64,000 nt of DNA, taken from Macrostomum lignano. Lineage: Eukaryota. Where the stretch lies: assembly GCA_002269645.1 (NCBI GenBank), contig NIVC01000862.1, forward strand, positions 186,001 to 250,000, written 5' to 3'. This document shows, one piece after another, positions 25,629 to 37,714 of the stretch. Positions within the stretch are counted from its first letter, which is position 1; every line of letters begins with the position of its first letter. The notes under the pieces were generated by a model, which saw only the letters and a list, made by a program, of their open reading frames with translations, was not told the origin of the DNA and searched no databases. Both the position numbers and the translations under genes were made by a program.

Positions 25629-26504
25629 AGTGGCGTACGCAGTAATTTTATTTTTGGAAAAAGCCGGAACCGTAACGGGCGCAACTATTTGGTGTCATTT
25701 ATATCTCAATATTTTGTGTTTGGTGTTGGGTGGGAGCCCCTGTCTTTTGATGGGTGCCCCTGACTCTTTGATGGGCGCCCCTGTCTCTTGATGGGCAACG
25801 TCTCCCCATCCCCCCATACCGCTTTAGTGCTGAATTGCATCAGCCCAGAAATTCAACTTTTCTGCTTTTCCGCACGCACTCAGCTAAGCAGGCTTAATTT
25901 AAGCCTTGTTGTCAAGCTGTCAGCTTGCCATTCTCTCAGGCACGAGTGTCACCAGCTGCCTTAATTCCTCCCACCCAACTACTGCATGCTACAGGCCTAA
26001 TTGTCGATAGGAACACAACTTGAATAGACAAACGTTTTAGAATGAAAGGGGTGTATATGCAGAATGTTTCCTGACGGGGGCTCGTTAGACAGGATTCCTG
26101 CTGTTAATGATACTGCCGCGTTGCTGAGCAGCTGCTGTACTCCCGAAACATGGAAGCCACTGTAGAGATTGGCTGTCTGAAGCTGTCGTTATCTCTCAGC
26201 GAGCACTCTGTCACCAAAAGCAATATTTGGTGGAGACAGATACGAGTTGATACGGATCAAGCAGTAACTATAATAGGAAAGTAGACGTACTTTTCCATAA
26301 AGCAGTAGTGAGGACGGACTTTCAGCCCAGATGTGTCGGCAAAAAATCCCCTGTCTTTGTACTGTCATTACTAATGTAATTAAAATGGCATTTTTCCTTC
26401 CCTCTTATCTACAAGCTATTTGCTGTTTCTATCCTCGATCTTTCCTGATTGATTCCTACTATCAGATATTTGATTAAGGTTTCTGGAAGCCACCTGACAT
26501 GCGG

Positions 26505-27700
26505 GGCTGTCGTGTGTATAAGCGATACGGGGTGTGGAAAAATCACGTGACTCACGTTTCACCCGTATCGGAGTTGGAGTTGTGTGCTCCTATCTGTTAC
26601 TCTAAGGTACTAAGTCACTCAAATCAATAAATCGTCTAAGAGTATCGAAATCGGCCCAGTGGATCCTATCCAATCCCTAAAGAATAGGGAGGCCTCAATT
26701 CAATAACTCAATAGAAATCAACTGATCAATAACTCAACCAACCGGCAATAACTCAGCTCTCAATAATCAAAGAACAAAGACTTCAACAAAGGCTTACTAA
26801 TTGGTATTGGTCTCCCTCGGAGATATAGCCTCGTTTGGCTGCTCTAGCAAAGCTCAAAACCTCTTGAGGCTGCTCCGAGTCTGAGAGTTCAGCTCGGATT
26901 TTCGCTTGTACTTATACACAAACTTTGCAAAATATAAATAGTAACATGATTCATAGTTTAAGTTTTGCTGTGCGTGTTTGCGTTACTCTTCTTACAGTAG
27001 CAATTTATGAATGAATGAACCCCTACAGCTCTGAATTAGTTTAAGCTCTTTGATAAGGCAAATTTAGCGAGAAAGTCAAAGCTGACAGGATAATTTATTG
27101 CGCTATCGTTCTTTGATCGGCAATACGACCTCAGCTGAGTAACTATGGTGAGGCTTCCAGTGCACCCAATGGTCAAACAGTTTTCAGTCGATTAACGAAT
27201 CAATCATTTTAAATTCGAATTCAACACTGTCCTGTACTTTAGTGCTCACACAGGCATCAAATCGGCTTATTTGATATAGAATTCACCAGTTAGGGTCTGC
27301 AGAGGGCCACGACTGCTCTGAATCAGTGCTTTTGGAGAGTTTGTAGTCACATTTATGGCCAGAAGCTTGCATAGGGGAATTTAATAATATAATAGAACAC
27401 CCCAGCCCTAGAGCTCGTAGTCTCGTCTTTACAAGAACCCCCTGCAAAAAGTCCTTTTTCGGCTATGAATTCGAGATTGACAATAAAAAGACACTATTTA
27501 GCACGTTGATCCAGAGCTCTCCTAGTCGGAAACAGAAAGATCTGGGTTGGTGAGCTAGTTTGAATGGAGTAAACTTGTTCCTCGGATTATCTAATCTAAT
27601 TCTAAGTCTCTCACCGTCTTTTCTTAGCTATAGGACCTTGCTGCTCGTCCGCGATCTTAGGGGGGTCAGATCCGGTGAAATTTTTCTGATTCCGATTTTG
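26505..27700 (+). mobile_element. LTR-retroelement-like relic; 27400-27680 is homologous to 40470-40810 (opposite strand)
   Basis: TGTCGTG start with TCACGTGA and AATAAA. Shared blocks include tcttagctataggacct (17/17) and ggctatga.tt.g.gattgaca..aaaaa.acacta. Confidence 0.45.
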
Positions 27701-28149
27701 ATAAGAACCTGTAAATGCATTTTGATTAACTTTAATAACAGCAGCCGCAGTAAACAGCTACAAAGCCTTGGGCTTTGGTAGGCCCAGTTGCTGTGCCGGT
27801 TTCACCGCATTTGACAGCCTGCTCAAGTCCTACTGACAGTTACAGATCTGGTCTCTGGGGTGAAAAATGCGATGCAAAATACCTGTGGCATAGCAGCTGG
27901 GCGTAGAATTGACCATTCAAATTATAAAAATATCAGAGATTCCATTAACGTTAATTAGAGTTTTCTGCAGTTTCAGAAACTCACAAAGGCTGTTGAATGT
28001 CGTGAGCTAAGATTGAAGCAATCCTAGCGCAATTTGGAGCTTCTTGGGTCCATCGCTATCACCTATTCGATAAGAAATGCTTCAACCTAGCGAGCTCCGA
28101 TGCTTTGATGATGCCGACACCCTACCAGTCTGTGCAAGCCATACAGAGC

Positions 28150-28520
28150 GAGCTGCAGTGATCCCTGCTGTGCAAGACTCAGTAATATGTCTGTTTCGAA
28201 TTCTACTGGCAAGCGATGGCTAACGCTCTTTCCTGCCGATTGTTCAACATATCTACTTTTTTTCAGCAAGATTTCGTTTTCTTACACAAATCTGAATTTG
28301 TCTCTGATGGCAGGCTGAAACGACGGCTGTCGCATCTCCAACAGGCTTGACATGAGCTTGGAAAATCTCAACAAATTTACTCTATTCGTCAACGGCATGG
28401 AATGTGCCAAGGAGGACAGCAGGGTTCAGTACTTCTCTGTGCTGGCGCTCAAAAGCTTTGGCTACGGCAGTCGAGTTCGCCTAGTAAGTCGCCTAGGAGT
28501 TGAGTCTGTGCGAATTCCAG
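28150..28520 (+). pseudogene. Locus G: heavily decayed PAN + F-type lectin relic
   Basis: CFEFYW...CRLFNIS (28192-28255, PAN-like), *WQAE, then ISNRLD..LNKFTLFVNGMEC...FS...GYGSRVRLVS (28334-28495, FTL-like). Stops and frameshifts lie between these. Confidence 0.6.
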
Positions 28521-30328
28521 CTATATGGGTCGCCTGTATCTTTGTTGTCATAGCAACCGGAGAGTTCGACACCCGTGTTTTAAAGAGTTAATAAGAAGCC
28601 TGTTCAAAACGTAAAAGAATTTTTAACAGTCTATAAGAAGGCTTTATTTTTAGATATTGTTTTAATACTATTTAATTTTCTCAAACTTTTTCAACATAAA
28701 CATTTTTAATCTCGTAAGAAGTAATTTTACTATGCTCTAGTTTGTGACACTGACATTGATTATTTTATATTTTCTACAAGTTTCTCAGCTTTCTACCTTC
28801 AACTTTCGTACCTTCATTTTAATACGCTTTGAACTCCTCGTCGTTCTTCCATCCTAACGGATTTCTTCCCACTGCACTGCGTACTTTGTTGCGTATTCGA
28901 AGAAAACAAATTGTTGCAGTAAACAACTCATTGTCATGCCTAGCCTGTAAAGATAGGGGGTGGGGGGCAGACTGGTGCTTTCCCAGACAATGCGGTTCAT
29001 GAATTCAGGGAGTGACAAGACACATATCGCCAATTTCTGAGCGTGAACTCAAAATTACATTCAATGCGGCTATCAAAGAAGTTTTGTAGTGCAGTTAAGC
29101 TAAATAGGACGTACCTAAGCTAGTGGAGTCAGCTGCTGGGCAGTCTAACAACAGTAAACTAAAACTTTCGAGCCCTCAAGCGATTTTGGATGTAAAAAGC
29201 AGGCCAAGTGAACCATTTGGCTTAATTTTTAGTTTGCACAGCTTCTTCGCACTGCTTTTTTCTGGAAGATGATTTTTAAGGAACAACTGACTTCAGAATT
29301 GACCAAACGTACTTCAAGTCTCAACCATGAGCTACTCATATATATATTGTTGGCAAACTAAACTAGCTAGCTCGTACATCATTTGCAATTCGAGCATTAA
29401 TGCTTTTCAGTTATAGTTTTTGTTTGCCAAAATTTCAAATTTCTCCGACAATCTTCGTGATCTTCTCTTTTTTACATCTTGTTGATTTTCAGATGTGTCG
29501 AAATTCAAGTTAAAATGACAATTTTGTCAGGAAAAATTTTATTGAGATTTTTCGGCTAGAATCAAATCGACAATACAAAAATTATTGAAAATACGTAGAA
29601 AGAAGAAACCTTCACTACCGATACAGACTCTTGTCTCATGGAAATTTCATATGCTGAGCAGGAAGGGAGAAGTAGGAAACGAATGAAGGGAAAAAACTGC
29701 AGTAAACTTTTTTTACTTTGCTTAATACGATGCGCCAGAGAAGCCTATGCAGATTGCCCCTGAATACAATATCAACAATAAAAACCGTTCAACCCAGTGC
29801 AGTGCAAAAGTTTCCCACCATCCGGCTTGCAAAGCAATACATCATTGTAGAAGATGGGAACTGCAAGCGGAACCAGAAAGTCTAACCGAAAGGCTTCTTT
29901 GCAGCCTTGGTTTTTACCATATCCTAGCGACCGTGAAACAGGAAGTTACAGAGCAGCCTCTGGCTTCAACCGTCGTTTGACGAGACGAGCATCCTGGTTA
30001 TCTCTGCTCTCCCAAGTTCCTGCATTAACTAGACTCTTATATGAGAAATAAACAGATTCTGCATGCTAAAAAATGACTTCCAAAAACACATGAATCATGA
30101 ATCAACAAAATTCTGTCTTTTTGTATTAAAAACTATATTTTTATATAGATAATCCGAGAAAAATTATTGGCTTATCTACCGCGGATCCAATAATACGTGC
30201 GACAAGCAAAAAGTAAGCCAAGACCTCATCAGTATATCAGTTGCTCTTGAAGTCGCAGCTAAAATGCAAACGGCGATCATCTATAGAGACTCCCCTCGCA
30301 AACCGTGTACGGCTGAATAGAACCAATA

Positions 30329-31094
30329 ATGCATTGCACGAAGCTGTTACTTCTGCTGATCTTTGCTGGCGTTTTGGAGCGATTCGATGCCAAAATCGTG
30401 TTCACTGCTGTCAAACAGCGCAGCGTTTCGGCTCCTGTCGCAATAGAAACCACGCCGAGCAACAACCGACTGAACTGCGCAGAAATCTGCACGAAGAAGT
30501 CAAACTGCTTCGGCTTCAACTGGTTGAAGGGCCAGTGCCGCGTCTTCGACTTGTCAGCTTTCTTTAGTGACGTGTGGGAGCGCTCGGATGAGTGTGATGT
30601 GTACACCATAAAGAGCGGTGAGGGCATCATGTTGTGATAACCTTCTTTCTAGGTTGAAATCATGTAAAATAATTTGTAAATAAAATCCTCTCGTACCTTC
30701 AGAAATGCTCCAAATCGCCGGGTGCAACCAAAGCTCCGATCAGGGCGGCCACGTGTGCGAACGAGCCATCGACGGAAACAAGAATCCCAATTTGTACTAT
30801 AAATCCTGCTCTCATACCGTCGACGGATACGCCGGTTGGTGGGAGGCGCACCTGGCGGCTCCTGCCCTCATCTCCTACGTCACGATCTACAACCGGCAGG
30901 ATTGCTGCGGTGGCCGGCTGAGTAATGTCAACCTACAGGTGGACGGCGTCGTGTGCAACGTGTTGAACCAGGTCAAGACCTATAAAATTGGCTCGTTTAG
31001 CTGCAACGCCTTTGGTAGCACGTTCCGGATCGCCCATCGATTCTCGCAATCGCTCAACATCTGCGAACTTGAGCTCTACACCATCGTTAACTAG
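30329..31094 (+). CDS. Locus H: secreted PAN/Apple + F-type lectin protein (intact)
   Basis: Exons 30329..30617 and 30703..31094, 85-nt phase-1 intron (G|GTGAGG ... TTCAG|AA). CSHT...RQDCCGGR. Confidence 0.92.
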
Positions 31095-31689
31095 GTGCGG
31101 AAACTGACCAAAACCGTTGGATTACTTTCGTCACGGAATGTGTTTGATTCTCGAGTATACTCTGAACAAACTGAAAATTGAAACTCAATTTTAATATATT
31201 CATCAAAAATGTTCTAACGTTCAACTGAGTCTAAACTACACAATTTAAACGCAATCTAACGACGATTTTAGTCTAAATCGTTGTTATGATTCCTCTATAA
31301 AAATCGAAATTTTAAATATAATGGAGCCTGCTTCAATGAAGAATTATCGATGATCAACCAATTGATAATGAATATCCAACTCTGCCTTGACAGAGGAGCA
31401 TAATACATATAGCTTTTGCAGCCCATCTGGGCTTACACGCATTTGATTTAATGCAAGACATACTTTCGAAAAGTAATGGAGCCTTTGCCTGATGCAGCGG
31501 GCGCGCAGGCGCAAGTCGACCTGCATCGACTGCGAGGTCGACTTTTTTGCGAGGGCTGTCCGAAAAGCCATAATATTTGCGAGCCGTTATATTTGAAAGC
31601 CATTATACGGGGGCTGTCCCAATAGTAGTGATACTTTTCATTATATCTCTCAATCTGGAAACAAAAGTTATGAACGAAAATGTAGCAGG

Positions 31690-32075
31690 AACTCGACCGC
31701 GCTTTCAGCAGAGCGTGCACTGCACTTCGCTGTCCAAGCGACTGATGCGGGTCGACCTGCGCCTGCGCGCCCGCTGCATCCGGCTGTTCCCGCGCGTACG
31801 CACCCACCGCTGCTCACCCCGAGGAGGGTCGTGCCTTCTTCGACTGCCTGGCTGAGCAGCTGGAAGAGGTGCCAAACCGCGACACGCTGGCGGTGTTCGG
31901 AGACCTGAATGCAGTTCCGCAGTGGTCCGAGCGCTCGCCCTTTGTCGCTGGACGCGAGAACCCCAACACCGATGTGCTGGAGGACCTGCTTGACCAGTTA
32001 GACCTGGCAAACACCCAGTTCCGCAAGCCCCCCCCCCCTGCCCGCCTGGTCACCTTTGCGGGCTGCAAGAGAAGG
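31690..32075 (+). mobile_element. RTE-like LINE AP-endonuclease fragment
   Basis: RVDLRLRARCIRLF..AYAPTAAHPEEGRAFFDCLAEQLEEVPNRDTLAVFGDLNA...NTQFRK, with the APE GD(L/F)NA motif. Frameshifted. Confidence 0.8.
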
Positions 32076-32151
32076 CGGCTATTGATGGTTGGTATGCTTA
32101 CGTAAAAATTACGTCAAAGTAGCTTTACATTGTAATTATATTGCATCATCT

Positions 32152-33051
32152 GGCGCCCCTGGTGCTGGCGCCCCTGGTGCTGGCGCCCCTGGTGCTGGCG
32201 CCCCTGGTGCTGGCGCCCCTGGTGCTGGCGCCCCTGGTGCTGGCGCCCCTGGTGCTGGCGCCCCTGGTGCTGGCGCCCCTGGTGCTGGCGCCCCTGGTGC
32301 TGGCGCCCCTGGTGCTGGCGCCCCTGGTGCTGGCGCCCCTGGTGCTGGCGCCCCTGGTGCTAAAGCCCCTGGTGCTAAAGCCCCTGGTGCTAAAGCCCCT
32401 GGTGCTAAAGCCCCTGGTGCTAAAGCCCCTGGTGCTAAAGCCCCTGGTGCTAAAGCCCCTGGTGCTAAAGCCCCTGGTGCTAAAGCCCCTGGTGCTAAAG
32501 CCCCTGGTGCTAAAGCCCCTGGTGCTAAAGCCCCTGGTGCTAAAGCCCCTGGTGCTAAAGCCCCTGGTGCTAAAGCCCCTGGTGCTAAAGCCCCTGGTGC
32601 TAAAGCCCCTGGTGCTAAAGCCCCTGGTGCTAAAGCCCCTGGTGCTAAAGCCCCTGGTGCTAAAGCCCCTGGTGCTAAAGCCCCTGGTGCTAAAGCCCCT
32701 GGTGCTAAAGCCCCTGGTGCTAAAGCCCCTGGTGCTAAAGCCCCTGGTGCTAAAGCCCCTGGTGCTAAAGCCCCTGGTGCTAAAGCCCCTGGTGCTAAAG
32801 CCCCTGGTGCTAAAGCCCCTGGTGCTAAAGCCCCTGGTGCTAAAGCCCCTGGTGCTAAAGCCCCTGGTGCTAAAGCCCCTGGTGCTAAAGCCCCTGGTGC
32901 TAAAGCCCCTGGTGCTAAAGCCCCTGGTGCTAAAGCCCCTGGTGCTAAAGCCCCTGGTGCTAAAGCCCCTGGTGCTAAAGCCCCTGGTGCTAAAGCCCCT
33001 GGTGCTAAAGCCCCTGGTGCTAAAGCCCCTGGTGCTAAAGCCCCTGGTGCT
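32152..33051. repeat. 15-bp tandem array of 60 units: 14x GGCGCCCCTGGTGCT then 46x AAAGCCCCTGGTGCT
   Basis: Perfect units. The variant switches sharply at 32361/32362. Confidence 0.97.
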
Positions 33052-33481
33052 AAACCCCTGCTGGCTTAACAAAGGCGTAGGCGTGGTGCTGGCTAGTTTT
33101 TCGAGGGCTTTTCACTGTGCCAATTTTGATCACAAGCAACCGATCATGCAAAAGTATCGATTTCAATTTCTAAGCAATTTCTTAGCCACAATGCCGTTTA
33201 GGCTCGTACAGAATCTTAACATTTTCTGATCGAACGGTTAAACCATTTAAAAAAAAATTAATTGAACTGCAACCATTATATTGAGAAGTGCAATCAGCAG
33301 ACAGGAGGGCAAAGGCAGCGGGGTGGCAGCGAGCACGAAGCAGCGACGCGGCGGAGGGTCTCCCGCAAAAAATCCCATCTTTCCGGAGCACTTTGTGCGA
33401 AAATTTTACGAGTTTTGTGGGAAGCGTCCTTCGACTCGAGTTGTTTATTGCAGCATCAATACTAGACGTAATTAGGATTGT

Positions 33482-33514
33482 TTTTCCCAGCCAAGATTTT
33501 CTTGGCTGGGAAAA
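33482..33514. repeat. Perfect 14-bp-arm hairpin
   Basis: ttttcccagccaag-atttt-cttggctgggaaaa. Confidence 0.85.
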
Positions 33515-34260
33515 TAAAATCGAAAAAAACACGATAATTGCCATCAATTAGTAGTAAATTTACAAAGCTACTCTGGAATTGTTCCCCACTAGTGTGGGAA
33601 AGCTGAATCGCTAGACACCTGTTCGATTTCATTATGAACAATGGTTTCAGGCTCGTTGAAAACCCTACGGAAACTCCATACGCTTGTACCAGTTCTAAAA
33701 AAGTGAGGAGATTTTTTTTCAACTGACAGCTAGTGAGAGAAGTAAGGATGAACGTGTTTAACAATAATTAAGAATTTGTTGGTTTGATGATAAGCAGGCA
33801 CGCGCAGGAAACGCTCATATTGAGAGACAATTCGTCATTCACAAGTGTCAAAATTTATATTTCCTAGAAAGCAGAATTTTTTTCCCCGGATAAATAGAAT
33901 CGTTGTCCATCGTTGAAATCAGCATTGTCTGTTTTGAAAAAACAGCTCCAGCCCACTGCTACTAATAGCAATATAGACCGAGCGGTCTCCGGTCGTTATG
34001 ACGTCCCGAGTAAATAAATTGCCTGATGCAATGGTGCTGGGGCACTCACAAAGCACTTCTTCTATGCAAGTACAGGTAACAGTATGATAGCAGTACCCAA
34101 TGATATCTGGTCGCGTATATATATATACTCAGAAACAGTCAAAAGTTCCACCCTACAAGCGAGATGCATTTTTCTCACTTATTGCGAGTGACGCAACTTA
34201 CGGCACGCGCGAAGCTTATTGCCACTTTTGGTCGGCTTGGGTCCGCTTAATGGTACCATT

Positions 34261-34549
34261 ACGCCGCCACACCGAGCGAGGCTGTTAATCAACTGGAAGA
34301 ACAGCTACAACTGCTCACTCTGCGCTGGCCTTCCTGGTCCCCAGACATGAATCCCATCGAGCATGTCTGGGACTTCCAAAAACGCAGCATTCGAAAAGAG
34401 AATCCACCACAGAATTTTGCGGAGCTGCGTCATGCGATTGAAAATGCTTGGCAGCAGCTTTCCAGGACTTTCTGCGCCGCCTCATCCTGGGGATGCCCCG
34501 CAGGGTCGCTGCACTTCTGAGTGCCAGGGGATCCCACAGGCGTTATTAG
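34261..34549 (+). mobile_element. Tc1/mariner transposase C-terminal fragment
   Basis: PPHRAR then WPSWSPDMNPIEHVWD...NFAELRHAIENAWQQL...LILGMPRRVAALLSARG. Frameshifted. Confidence 0.85.
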
Positions 34550-36472
34550 GCATCTCGATTCTGACTGCATATTGCATAAAAACAAACTCTTACATGATTT
34601 TGTGCGACTGACGTTTATTATTGATTCTATAAACTTTCCCTTCCTCGCGGCGGCTTATTTGCGTAACTTGAGGGTCGAATTGTGAGTGGGAAGCTGTCGC
34701 AATAGGTGAGAAAATTTTCATTTCGCTTGGTGGAACTTTTTGCTTTTGCTGAGTATATGCTACCGAACAGGCGTAATTAACCCGCAACCCCACCAGCAGC
34801 AAAAGGAAGGCAAAGGCAGCGGGTTGGCAGCGAGCACAAAGCAGCGACGAGGTGGGGAAGGCGACCCCTTCGTATGTTGCATTTATTTTGCGCAATACAC
34901 GGGCGTCGTACGTCGAATTCGAAATTGATCGATAAAACCGAGGAGAATAAAACAATAAAAAATAAAAATAAATCTGAGCACTTGCACACAGACGGTCCAG
35001 CCAGAAAATACTGGGTCGAAGAACCCACGGCACGCGGCGGAGGGGGGGGGCGGAGGAGAGGTGGGCGAAGGGGGGTGGGTGGGGTTAACACACTTTACAC
35101 TGAGGCCCACGGAGCAGGCCTAGTGTAAAGTAGACAGTACGCGCTGGCCTTTACTGATAGGAGTATGGTAGCAGTTCTGTCAATTCCGAAAGGATAAATA
35201 CAGGAAGCACTTACCGGTAGAGTCAGTTCGAATTGCAACAGCCTTGATTGTATTTGCCGCTGGTATTTAGTCTGTTTATTTCTAGCCACTTCGTAATGAA
35301 ATGGATTTTTGCAGACACCACTTCTGCGTCTCTTTATTTGAAAAGCTTTTAAATCTCAATTGGCATCAAAACCGGGCGAAGCAGGAGCAAACTCAAATAC
35401 TCAAATATAAATATACTCAAAACCGGCCCGAACAAAAAGGGGAGAGAAAGGGAGGCAGGGTAAGAAGCAGCGCCAATCAGAGTGGCCCGCAGAGCAGAGC
35501 AGACAAGCCAGGAGAGGGGGAGAGCCACACAGGGCTGAGAGAAAAGAGAGAGATAAATCGGGCTCGTATTCCTCTCTGTTTCAAGTCCGACTATCTTAAA
35601 GCCTTGGCATTATGATGCAACCGTTTTTACGAAGGGCCTGAGGTATTCTAAAAGTGACACCAGGCACCATTTCTTGCGGGCCACGGGAGAGAACACCACA
35701 GGAAAAAACTGATACCAGTTTTATAAAAATAACTCCTGCCTATTGTTCCTTAAGCAATCGATATTGTTCGTAACAAATCCGAAATCCGAAATCCAGAAAA
35801 AATCTACTTTCCTGTATTCCTGTATTTCCTGTATTCACACAATCGAATTTCAATGGGGCCATGTTATGTTGCACGAATCAATGCACAATGAGATGCCTGT
35901 CGTTTGCGGAAGTTGCTGAAGCTCAGTCTGAAAAGATTCTGAGTAGGCTGCTTGAGTCGGAGCTCCAGATTATCCTGGTATGATAGGGCAGCAGCCTCCA
36001 GCTGTGTTCGAATCACTGAGTGAGTGGTTTTTTCCGTGACGTTGGCTGGTACACCTGCCCAAAAATATTGTAATAAAGACTAGGCTTAAAAAGCACCGGC
36101 GCTTCTGTTGAATGCATTTTCGCAAAGAACACAGAAGTCCATTGTATGCATTGTTTCTCATTTTTTGCTTTCAACGAATGGTCGTCCTGGTGGATCTTTG
36201 GGGGAACCCTTATCCTTACACCGGTTACGTTCCAATTCCACTCTTTTCTGTTGTTTTATATTTTCTGTTTAAGCAAAAAAACTAACGATTTAACAGAGCG
36301 GATGGCTTTACTGCTTTTTATTTTCTTGAAAAACCCAGTTTGAGTTTACCAGTAGTGAAAACTTGAGAGCCAATGGCAGCTTACTCGAAGCAGTATTAAA
36401 GCACGAATCTTGGTGCCACTATTCCAAGCCAAAGCTACGGATTCATCGATTCGATCCTTAGATATTGAAACA

Positions 36473-37714
36473 ATGAAACGGGATCGCGTGCTGTCATTGC
36501 TGCTTTTGTCAGTTGTGGTTTTTGACACTATTACGGCTCGATTGGTGTTCTCAGCAGTGAGAATGCGCGGCTACTCGAGCCCAGTGGCCATCGAGTCTAT
36601 CGCTGGCATCGGTAGGATGCAATGTGCCAAAGATTGCTCCGAAAAAGCTGGCAACTGCTTTGGTTTCAGCTGGATGCCGGGTCTGTGCCGACTGTTCAGC
36701 TTGTTGGCATTCCACGACAACGAGTGGGAAAGTTCGGATCTGTGTGACGTGTACACCGTTGAAGCTAGTGAGTGCTTGGAACGGTAGCATGCTGTAAATT
36801 AAAGTTATCGGCAGTTTATGGATCACCCCATAAACTGTCCAGTCTATAGAGTATAATAAAGCACTTAATATCGAGTATTAGGACAATTGATGCACAAGAG
36901 GTCTATTAAGAAAGATTCCAGGTGACGGTTCAGTGGTACGGCGTGTGCTTGCGGGTGTCAATGGCTAATCTCATAGTTAAGAGGTTTCGACTAGCTAATC
37001 AAGAATTAGCCTCGTCAGTCACAAATTCGACTACTAAAACAAAATGAGCCAATCTAGCGTCAGAAAATTATAGTTTGGAATAGATGTGCGTTTACATGCA
37101 CGTCAGCGTGTGCCTAATACGTGCGTAACCTTAAGAAACATATTACTAGTGCTCTGTCTCAACACCCTCTTGTCTGGCTGATGTTCATCTGTCCCCGAAA
37201 GTTGCGTTGCATCAGTCCTTGAAAATTATCGAAGTTCTTGACTAAGTTAAAAATTTAGCAAAGCCTACTAACTACATGTAAAAAATAGCCAACTGACTAA
37301 TAGTAGATTCCTATTTTCCACAATTCAGAGAAGCTCCAATTCATCGGCTGCACCCAGAGCTCCACTGATGGCAACAAAGTTTGCGAAAGAGCTATCGACG
37401 GTAACAAAAGCCCAATAATTAAAGATGGGTCTTGTACGCACACGATGGATAACTTGGCCGGTTGGTGGGAGGGTGAGCTGTCCGCTCCCGCTCTGATCTC
37501 GCATGTCGTCATCTACAACAGGCAAGACTGCTGTGCGGATCGAATCAACCAAGTCAACTTGCAGGTTGATGGTGTCGATTGCAACCGACTGGATTTGACG
37601 GTGACGTTCAACGTGTCCAGCTTCAGCTGCAACGCGTTTGGCAGCCGGTTTCGCATCGCTAGTCGCCCAGTAAAGTCGATTAATTTGTGCGAGGTCGAAG
37701 TCTACGGAGCCTAA
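36473..37714 (+). CDS. Locus I: secreted PAN/Apple + F-type lectin protein (intact)
   Basis: Exons 36473..36767 and 37329..37714, 561-nt phase-1 intron (A|GTGAGT ... TTCAG|AG). CTHT...RQDCCADR. Confidence 0.92.

Noticed and set aside
32089-33229. 326-362 aa ORFs (GAPGA/KAPGA, LVLKP, GFSTR) as collagen-, elastin- or adhesive-like genes
   Set aside because: All arise from a stop-free 15-bp repeat, open on both strands, with no Gly-X-Y period, signal peptide or unique domain. Kept only as a repeat finding.
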